DNA of 64,000 nucleotides from a virus (Duplodnaviria; Heunggongvirae; Uroviricota; Caudoviricetes): IMG/VR virus record IMGVR_UViG_2681813455_000010, positions 1,928 to 65,927 of that record; one strand, 5' to 3'. Shown piece by piece: positions 10,160 to 18,515 of this stretch (position 1 is its first letter; each line of letters starts with the position of its first letter). The notes under the pieces were generated by a model. It saw only the letters and a program-made list of their open reading frames with translations, ran no database searches and was not told where the DNA came from. The position numbers and the translations under genes were made by a program.

Positions 10160-10327
10160 TCACTTACCCTTTTTTTGTTTGATGTTCTCTGCTGCTTCAG
10201 TAATGATTTCTAACATCAAATCACTGACCATAATTTGCCTTTTCTTGGCTTCAGCAAATAAAACCTTGAAGATTTCAGGGTCAACGTGTAGGTAAGTGCG
10301 CGGAATTGGTTTCTTAGTTTCGCTCAT
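10160..10327 (-). CDS. Small ORF, possible ribbon-helix-helix regulator
   Basis: 55-aa ORF (MSETKKPIPRTYLHVDPEIFK...) with AAGGAG RBS; not in the supplied track (<60 aa). Confidence 0.3.
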   Translation of the reverse strand: MSETKKPIPRTYLHVDPEIFKVLFAEAKKRQIMVSDLMLEIITEAAENIKQKKGK

Positions 10328-10346
10328 AGTTTTCTCCTTCTATTCT

Positions 10347-10535
10347 TTACTCTGTTTCAGATTCTTTTTCATTTTTTCTTAGTTCATCAATAATCTTGAG
10401 TGCTTCATTGAAGCAAGCTGCTCGTTCTGGATAACCTCGACTCCTTGCCATATTACGATTCATTACTACTTGATGGCGTGTAAGCTCACCTTTTTTAAAT
10501 GCCTGGATGACGTGCTCAGGTGTAAACCATTTCAT
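10347..10535 (-). CDS. Hypothetical small protein, first gene of leftward operon
   Basis: 62-aa ORF. Confidence 0.3.
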   Translation of the reverse strand: MKWFTPEHVIQAFKKGELTRHQVVMNRNMARSRGYPERAACFNEALKIIDELRKNEKESETE

Positions 10536-10644
10536 AAAAAACTCCTTATTCAGTTAAAAGAAAAACACCTTGCAAGCCTGACGGCTTCAAAGTGCATTGA
10601 TTTTGATTATTTAGAGAAGAATGTTTTTCTGTCCCTCTAATACC

Positions 10645-10675
10645 TATTATTACATATAAAGAAACATTTGTCAAT
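10645..10675 (-). promoter_or_regulatory. Candidate sigma70 promoter for the leftward operon
   Basis: Minus strand TTGACA-16nt-TAATAA about 130 bp upstream of the first leftward ORF. Confidence 0.25.
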
Positions 10676-11282
10676 ACCTTTTCACAAAAAATCTGATCTT
10701 TTTCATGCACTTACATTTTTTCTTAGCAATTCGTGCTCTTCTGTGTAGTGCTATTCTTCATTATTGTCTAAAACGCTCTAAAACGCGTTCTAACGAGATT
10801 TTGATAAAAGCAATACATTCCCTTATGTAATGGCTGTTTAGCTCGCCAGAGGCTTATTTAAGGGGCTTATTTTGTATTTGTTAGGTATATGAAAAGGTAA
10901 TGGTAGATATAAGATAGAGAGTCACTTTATAAAACGCTCTGTAAAGCCCTGTAGTGAGCTTATATATGTAGGCAATGCGTTTCCATTCCCTACCCTGCTT
11001 AATGCTGTTAGAGAAGCATTTAGACCCCTTATTTTTAATTAATTAAAGTATCCTCTATACATTCCTGTTATGAAACACCTCTGAATCCTTCATAAAACAC
11101 ATTATGACGCAAAGAACACTTTTCTAAGGTGATTCCCTTTCTGAACTCTGTTTCTTGCGTCAAAGAGCTACACAGAGTTTATAAAGCTATTATTAATAAT
11201 AAAGTAGATAAAGTAAGTAAGATAACTAAGATAGATAAGATTAATAAGATCAGAATTCTCTTTCGGTGTCGCCTCTGGCTTT

Positions 11283-11460
11283 TCCACCGAAAACAATTAC
11301 ACGACTACAGAATGTAGGAAGTGGAATTGTATTGAGGCTTAGTGAAATTACACGAGGAAAGCAGAGTGTAATTGAGCTTTAGCCGCTCTCTCTTCGAGTA
11401 ATTACACAACTACAGAGAATAACGAGAGTTATTAAGTGTAGGAGGGTAATTACGAGGTAG
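11283..11460. repeat. Direct repeats of an AATTACAC(G/A)A motif
   Basis: At least four copies within ~170 bp of noncoding DNA. Confidence 0.4.
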
Positions 11461-11689
11461 AGAGATAGAGTTAACACATAAGCAATCTATGATTGGTTAG
11501 GTGATTACTCTTCTGCGCACAGCGCAATAGTATTTCTTCGTGGGCGTTACCGCCAACGATAGTTACACGAAGAAAGTAACGCTTTGCTTTCGGTGTGAGC
11601 GGAACGGGCCAGCCAACGTAGCCCGAAAGGTAGCGGAGTAAGGCTGCTTGCCAGAGAGTGAAGCTAACGCCGGAAGGCAAAAGATCATA

Positions 11690-12070
11690 TATATATATAG
11701 ATATAAAGAATATTATTATTATGATCTAATTAATAATCTAATATAGTTTTATTAATAGTCTTATTGTAGTTCACAGTGACCTACCCCCTAGCTCACTATG
11801 ACCTACCCCCTAGCTCATAGTGAACTACCCCCCTAGTTCACAGTGACCTACCCCCTAGGTCACAGTGACCTATATAGATATAAAGAATATTATTTAATTA
11901 TTATTTAATTATTCTTATTAACTTATTCTTATCGGGTATCAGTTTTGATAGGGGTAGGGGTATCAATATTGATAGGGGTATCATCGGTTTATTATTCTTT
12001 ATAAACCCCTGTTAGACTTGATAGGGGTAACAGAATTCTGTGGGGGTAGCTCACAGTGACCTACCGTTAC
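11690..12070. repeat. Iteron block: ~22-bp tandem repeats and TTGATAGGGGTA repeats, flanked by a duplicated AT-rich motif
   Basis: 4.5 tandem copies of (c/t)cacagtgacctaccccctag at ~11769-11874 plus one at ~12045; ttgataggggta x3; atagatataaagaatattatt on both sides. Confidence 0.55.
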
Positions 12071-12589
12071 TACCAACTTTCTTACAGAGAGCATTTCAGA
12101 TAGCTGAATGTAACCTCTCGTTACATCCATTTGTCACATAGCACTCTGTGTAATGCCTTTCTATGTGTGTGCCATAATCCCCCCTATATTCCCTGTGTAA
12201 ATCATAGAATATCCCTAACTTATTCCTGTGTAATTCCATACTAAAAATTAAATGAAAAGTAGCTTAAAAGTGCAATTCTTACTTTCTTCACTTTTACATC
12301 ACTTTCGCAAAGCCTTGTGTAGTGCGGCTTACAGAGCACTATCAGAAATTGTTGGCTAAAAAATGTTCTGCTTGTTTCTTAATGAGTTCTCTCGTTTGTG
12401 CAAATTTTAAAATTTATTTTGTTTTTACAGCCTTATTTCGTGTAATGCGTGGCATAGCAAGCCCTTTTCTTGTGTTGTCAAGACATTTGGCAACGTTCAA
12501 ACATCTGTTTAGAAATGCCAAATTGTTGATCTAACAAATAAACCTGTATAAACAGAACACCATTTAATCTATCCCCCTGTGTATCCATT

Positions 12590-12712
12590 AGGCATACCAA
12601 ATGAATACAGTTAAATCGTGTAATATTCCGTACCTATAAGGCTTGAAACAGACCAAATGAATACGGTATACTCATTTGCATTGAAGTAGTGCCAAATCGA
12701 TACATTAAGGGG
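12590..12712. promoter_or_regulatory. res-like site: three copies of CCAAAT(G/C)(A/G)ATAC upstream of the serine recombinase gene
   Basis: ccaaatgaatac twice and ccaaatcgatac once within ~110 bp immediately 5' of the recombinase start. Confidence 0.4.
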
Positions 12713-12717
12713 CTTTT

Positions 12718-13257
12718 ATGAGCAATATCGGTTATAAGCGTGTGAGCACTGTAGATCAGAACACTGATCGCCAGCTTGCAGGAGTAACTCTCGATAAAGT
12801 CTTTGAAGATAAGCTGTCTGGTAAAGACACTAACCGTCCAGGCTTACAAGCGTGTTTAGCCTATCTGAGAGAAGGCGACACCTTACACGTGCACTCTCTC
12901 GACCGTTTAGGACGTAACACCTTAGACATCCTTGCTTTAGTTGAACAACTTAATAATCGAGGTGTGATTGTTCGATTTCACAAAGAAGGGATCATTGCAG
13001 ACATTACAAGCGCGATGGGAAAAATGATGCTTACTATGTTGTCGGCAGTGGCAACGTGTGAACGTGAACTGATGCTAGAACGTAAACGAGAAGCGCAAGC
13101 CGTCAATCCTACAAAGCGTGGTAAAGGTAAAGCAGTAGATAGAGAAGGTATAAAGAAAGCCCTTTCTGATGGCGTGTCAGTGCGTAAAACCGCCGAGATC
13201 TTTAATGTTGCTCCTTCAACGGTGCAACGTATCAAGAAGGAAGAAGAGGAGGCGTAA
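12718..13257 (+). CDS. Serine recombinase (resolvase/invertase family)
   Basis: 179 aa; N-terminal YKRVSTVDQNTDRQ catalytic-serine motif; C-terminal HTH. Confidence 0.8.
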   Translation: MSNIGYKRVSTVDQNTDRQLAGVTLDKVFEDKLSGKDTNRPGLQACLAYLREGDTLHVHSLDRLGRNTLDILALVEQLNNRGVIVRFHKEGIIADITSAMGKMMLTMLSAVATCERELMLERKREAQAVNPTKRGKGKAVDREGIKKALSDGVSVRKTAEIFNVAPSTVQRIKKEEEEA

Positions 13258-14450
13258 TGCCTCCTTGATATTTGGGGATTCTGGATTTTCCAGATCGGGG
13301 GGCGCTGAAAATCGCGTTAAGCACCTCTCGCAATCTAGCCATAAGGGAGGGGATATAGGTATTAAGATGTATTTATAGCTATTTATGGCTATTTATTTTT
13401 TATTTACCTTTATTTAAAAATAACCTTATAAATCAATAAGATACAGAACTATCTGTTTATATTTTAACCAATTAAATCAAGTTTAATACCCTTAAATAAC
13501 CTGAAAATAGCCTTAAATACCCCAATAATTAATTTTAAGGCTTTCCGTGTTCTCTCCTGCATTATGAAAATGCAAAATAAGGCACAAAACAAGCTCACAG
13601 ACGCATTAAACACACATCACCTATACATCCCTATACCAAGCAATGAAAACAGCGTTAGAATGCGTCCTGTTGCGCTCTGGAGATTTTCAGAAATCCTCTC
13701 TAAGCCATTTCAACTCACTAAGGAGTTTTCTTTCTTCGTTCTCTCGTTGCTTTCGCTCTAGCCAGGCTTTTCCTTCTGGCGTAGACAGGAACTTACGAGC
13801 GTGAATCTTGCGGTTATTCCGTTTGATAGCTGCAATGTTTTTCATCGTGTGCCTCTGTATTCATATGAAAATTAACAAGTTACATACTACACAGGGAGAC
13901 TACGCATAAAACACAATACAAGTAAAGATACATTTTCAAGACAATAGGAGCCATAAAGCGCCTTTGATGGTTATACCAAAAAATAAGCGCCGTAGGCGTA
14001 TCCACTAAAAAGGGCTTTTTCACAAAAGCTATGAAGTCTTAGCAGTTCTTCTCTTATCAGGCACCCGTTGTACTCCGGTGGACGAAACCGTGCTAGAGCT
14101 TGATTCTTTCCCGATCAAGTTAGGTTTTGAAGAGGTGGGCTTTAATCCACTATTGCACTTAAAACTCTTCCCATCATTTAGCCTGTTTATCCTCTGCAAC
14201 GTCTCACGACGTGTAGCATCATTGGACACCGCGCCAGGTGTGGAACATCTTGCTAAGAGTTTTGGTAGAAGGTTTAGAGACGGTGGCACGTCTTCCAGCT
14301 TCAAAGGAACTTGTTACGAGGTTGAGCCTGGGAACTACTCGCCCATACGTGTTACACTACCAAAGCCCATAACAACGTATAGGCGTTTGTAAGTGATAAC
14401 AGAAGATACAATTTCTTAGAGAAGTTAAGCTAAGTTATTGATTTTCTTGA

Positions 14451-14496
14451 TGGTGCCGATAATAGGAGTCGAACCTACGACCTTCGCATTACGAAT
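14451..14496. repeat. att copy, 46 bp identical to the tRNA-Thr 3' end (distal junction of the lambda-like prophage)
   Basis: tggtgccgataataggagtcgaacctacgaccttcgcattacgaat identical to 62557-62602. Confidence 0.8.
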
Positions 14497-14834
14497 TATA
14501 AGAATCCGTTTCTAATTCAAAGAATTACCCCATAAACACTGCGCTCACACGTCCCACCACATCAAAACATGTAAAGCCTTGCAAGCCATTGTGAGGCCTT
14601 ATGTGTCTCAGTTTTGTCCCACCTTGTATTACGACTTGCATAGCCGATGAAGATAAACGCGACGACAAACGGCGCAGCAGTCTTCCTTTCTTTCACGACT
14701 TCCCCATCCCAAGCATGCATACCTTTCCGCCATAACTGTAGTGAATGTCTGTTATGAGCGAATTGAGGACGTAACACTAGCAATTGCTGCTGGTTTGGAG
14801 CGTAGCAGAAAACCAGTTCGACAAAATTCGGTTG

Positions 14835-15875
14835 TTAGGCCTTTTTTAAGTACTCTCTCTGAATATTATTTGTAAGTTCAATTCTGTTAATCTCATTTGG
14901 GGTAAAAACCAAATTAACAAAACCCGCTTGTGCAGCGTGTAATTCCCCAGTATTTTCTATTTTCCCCTGCGATTTTAACTCATATTCTAATGCATGGATG
15001 AGCTGTACCAATTTTTTACCCCTAGAAGTGAGTGGTGCCATAAAAGATGGCTGTCTATAACGATCATACCATTCAATCATGCATTCAGAAAAATCAATAT
15101 CAGCTATATGTTGATGCACGATGAACTTTATATACTCAAACAAAAAATTTTGTTCTGAATCACCGACTCCGATTCCAAAAGGTAAATTTTGATTATCCAT
15201 TTCAATTTCTGCTATTCCTAATGCCATATCCATACCAAAATATAAAGATCGTCCGGCATTAGTTAGGCCAGTACAGAAAAGATTGAAATATGAGACAGGA
15301 AATGAAGCATTGTTACTCTCAGTCTTAATCAAATAGTCTAGGATAGCTTCGACAGACATGATGTCTTGATCTAAAATCGCAAATCCTTCAAAGAGTTTTT
15401 TAGCACTGGTCAATTGCAAGACATTTGATTTGGGTATGGTAATACCCTTTGCATCAGTTGTCTTGGAAACTCTTAATGCATGGCGAACATCTTGCCAATA
15501 ACTTAAATTTGTTTCTGGGTTGTGAATAATAATAAGCACAGGCAATGGAAATCTTTCCCAGTAAAATCGATGCTTCTCTTCCGGGTAGAAAATCCAATAT
15601 CCATTACTTTCCTTAAAAAAGGACACCCCTGACTTTATTTGAACGGCTATTATCCTTCCTGTAGCAAAACCCTCGGGACTGACATACTCAATCTGACCAT
15701 CAATTCCAACGTCAGCCATCGGAGTTTCACGCCAAATCTGGCCAATTTTGGCCATTGCTTCCGCTACAGCATTTACACCCAATCTTTCTTGAGAATTAGT
15801 CTGGTTATATTTTGGGAAATTCATATTTTTTCTCAATCGCATGACACTGGCAACATTTCCTTCAAAATCTGGCAC
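14835..15875 (-). CDS. Putative PD-(D/E)xK-like nuclease-domain protein (DUF4365-type N-terminus), candidate defence gene
   Basis: 346 aa; N-terminal ...ADVGIDGQIEYVS...GRIIAVQIKSG fits a D...(E/Q)xK restriction-endonuclease-like signature; prophage b-region. Confidence 0.45.
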   Translation of the reverse strand: MPDFEGNVASVMRLRKNMNFPKYNQTNSQERLGVNAVAEAMAKIGQIWRETPMADVGIDGQIEYVSPEGFATGRIIAVQIKSGVSFFKESNGYWIFYPEEKHRFYWERFPLPVLIIIHNPETNLSYWQDVRHALRVSKTTDAKGITIPKSNVLQLTSAKKLFEGFAILDQDIMSVEAILDYLIKTESNNASFPVSYFNLFCTGLTNAGRSLYFGMDMALGIAEIEMDNQNLPFGIGVGDSEQNFLFEYIKFIVHQHIADIDFSECMIEWYDRYRQPSFMAPLTSRGKKLVQLIHALEYELKSQGKIENTGELHAAQAGFVNLVFTPNEINRIELTNNIQREYLKKA

Positions 15876-16123
15876 GAAATTTCGCCAGAAATTTAAGTTT
15901 AGGTTTGTGGCCCATTGCTGACTTTCAATAGGTTTCTACTCAAACAAAGAAAACAATCCAAACAACCCGGTACTGTCTATTTTTGAGTGTTCGAAAATCA
16001 ACTCATAGTTATTGACTATTTATTTCTCCAGTGATTTTGTAACTTTTTTGGGGCACTGTAAAGTCACATCAGACGAAGATTGTTCGTTTTTGGCATAGGG
16101 CTGCTGTTGCAACCCTGACAACC

Positions 16124-16414
16124 TTAGACTTCAACCGATTCAGAGATCTCTAACGCATCATCAACTTCAATGCCCAGATAACGGACTGTGCTTTCCAGTT
16201 TCTTATGGCCCAACAGAAGTTGGATCACCCAGAGATTCTTGGTTTTCTTGTAGATCAGGTAAGGTTTTGTTTTTCTCATGGAATGTGTGCTGTAAAGCGA
16301 ATCTTCGAGACCAAGCTTTTCTACCCACCCATGAAAGATTCGGTTGTATTGCCGGGTTGATATGTGCCGATTAGTTCCGATCCGAGACCGGAACAAGAAG
16401 TCTTTACTATGCAA
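16124..16414 (-). pseudogene. C-terminal fragment of a tyrosine recombinase
   Basis: 96-aa ORF with THSMRKT (HxxR), LLGH and RYLG catalytic-tail motifs but no N-terminal domains. Confidence 0.55.
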
Positions 16415-16449
16415 ATTAACAGGCTGTATACACAGCCTGTTAATTTATG

Positions 16450-17589
16450 CTAGAGCTTATAAAGCTCAGTTAATCTAGCTTTTTCTTTGGCAAATTCTTC
16501 ATCAAGGTTCGAGAAGTCTGGAAGTGTAACCATTAAATCCTTAAGTTGATGAATAACATTCCAGGCATCGTAATGAATAAAGGGGTTTAAGCCAATAACG
16601 TTTCCCTCATCATTATTTTTAGATTTTCCTACACCACATAATTTGATGAATTTGTTGATTGCAGTTGTTTCATTCCAGTCAGAAACAAAAAGAAGCAAGG
16701 CAGAAACAGCCAAAAGGGGATTGTTTTTTTTAACAGCGGATAAGCTCCTGATCTTTCTGAAAAGAAACTCGTGATGTCTAGTTATTTTTTGTGCTATCCT
16801 TATCGTTGCTTCATATTTATCTTTAAGCAACCTTCTATCATAAACCTGATAACCTCGATCTCGTGCTACTAATCGATATGCTTGTTTAGTAAATGTGGTG
16901 CTATTCACAAGATTATAGAAAATAGCATTATTCTTATTGGTCATATCGATCATCAATGATGGGTATTTGAATCTTAAAGAACGATAAACTTCATCGTTTA
17001 TATCAAACCAAGATTTATTTTTTCTCTCTTCAGTGACAATATATGTATCTTCTCCTTTGCGGGAATACATGCTGGCTCTTACTAGATTGATCATGTGAGG
17101 GCTGTAGTTAACAGAAAAAGTGCCTGATTGGCGTAATTCAGTAAACCACCGTCGCATGTTTCTAATATCTTCCTGATTGAACTCTTCATGTTCAATACCT
17201 CTACATACAAGCTCTCGAATTATACTTGTAATCTCAGAGTCGGAAGTGCCTAATTTTATAAAACCATCCTTTGAAGAATCTATTTGTTTATCATCCCCAT
17301 TGTAATGATCGCAAAATATTTTGTGCGCGTCTGTTCCGTCTTTTGTTCTAAACGAAAAATGAGATTGGCTAACTATTTTATTTGTTGTTTTCGAATAACC
17401 TTCTGAAACAACAATTGCACCGCTTACATTACAAATTGGGCACTCTGCATCAAACGCAACAAATTCCTTGAAATCACTAAAATTAAGTACGTTATTTGAT
17501 AAATAAAGGTTTAGCAATTGAACTATGTCCAATTCCTTTTTGAATGTACGAGAATAGACCGTAATTGCCATTTGCACTCCCTTCGTCAT
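16450..17589 (-). CDS. Hypothetical protein with Cys/His cluster, unknown function
   Basis: 379 aa, AT-rich; CPICN ... HKIFCDH possible zinc-binding cluster. Confidence 0.5.
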   Translation of the reverse strand: MTKGVQMAITVYSRTFKKELDIVQLLNLYLSNNVLNFSDFKEFVAFDAECPICNVSGAIVVSEGYSKTTNKIVSQSHFSFRTKDGTDAHKIFCDHYNGDDKQIDSSKDGFIKLGTSDSEITSIIRELVCRGIEHEEFNQEDIRNMRRWFTELRQSGTFSVNYSPHMINLVRASMYSRKGEDTYIVTEERKNKSWFDINDEVYRSLRFKYPSLMIDMTNKNNAIFYNLVNSTTFTKQAYRLVARDRGYQVYDRRLLKDKYEATIRIAQKITRHHEFLFRKIRSLSAVKKNNPLLAVSALLLFVSDWNETTAINKFIKLCGVGKSKNNDEGNVIGLNPFIHYDAWNVIHQLKDLMVTLPDFSNLDEEFAKEKARLTELYKL

Positions 17590-18515
17590 AAATTCAGTTT
17601 GTATGAAATATTATCGCATAAAGATACTGATGAGCCAGTAATATAACTAGAAAATATTTTTTGTGGTTCAGCGACCTAGACGTCTGCTACTGGCACAGAG
17701 CAGACCATCGGACTGAACTGAAGGTCCTCTCTGTGCGAGAAACGGAAGTTAGCAATTGTGATACAGACGTGGGGCATTACTCGCTTTACAGTGTGTTAAT
17801 CAATTGGAAACAGGTCAGAATTTATTGGGTGGAATGACACCTTTAAACTTCTTGCGCATCGCAAGGAATATCTCCACCAGACGGTAAGACAGTAGATTGC
17901 GCCACAAGTCCTCAGAATGCCCTTTGCTGGGTTAACCACACGTCGTAATCATCCTTCCAGTGCAGCGGATCAAGATCGTAATGCTCATAGTCACGCGATT
18001 TCAAATACAAGCCCAGTGGTGTTATCCGTGAGCTGGACAGTGCTTCCGGCAACATGACTGAGACAGACAAAAAATCAGTTAGTACAGCATTGACTCAGGT
18101 TGAGCAGGAGTTAAAACAAACTGGGCTGGAGCAGTAGAAGCCTGCAGTGAATTCCCTGAATCAGGCGATTAAGGTGGCTTAAGAGTCCGTGTATGCCATG
18201 TGCCGCGAGATGTCGTGCTATACGTGAAAGTCAGCGATATATATCGTTTTGAAGATGATTTAGGTTACGGGAGTGTCTCTGGGTGATGTATTACTTCATC
18301 GACATCGGCTACGCACGGGTTGCCGCGATGCAGCGGATGGAAGCTGTCTGGGAAAAGAAAGCTCCGCTTGCTAATATTAGTACATCCGATGAAAAATCGT
18401 GTGTGAAAGTTGCAGATTAGTAATATACTAATGAAGAATGGAGATGTATTTTATATAATAAAAACATCTAAGTAGAGCTTTTTATTTTAAATCCTTCATT
18501 ATTACTGGAGATTTT

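Larger units (their letters stand above)
1893..14450. mobile_element. Compact integrative phage-like / plasmid-like element (unclassified) between att copies
   Basis: Bounded by att copies; AT-rich; own tyrosine integrase, lambda-gpE-like capsid gene, iteron block, serine recombinase. Confidence 0.5.

Noticed and set aside
11769-11874. Possible CRISPR array
   Set aside because: Repeats are ~22 bp and directly abutting with no unique spacers; no cas genes nearby; pattern fits iterons.
13258-14450. Short ORFs of 65-104 aa at the right end of the compact element
   Set aside because: Overlapping, low-complexity frames without RBS or conserved features; treated as noncoding attachment-arm region.
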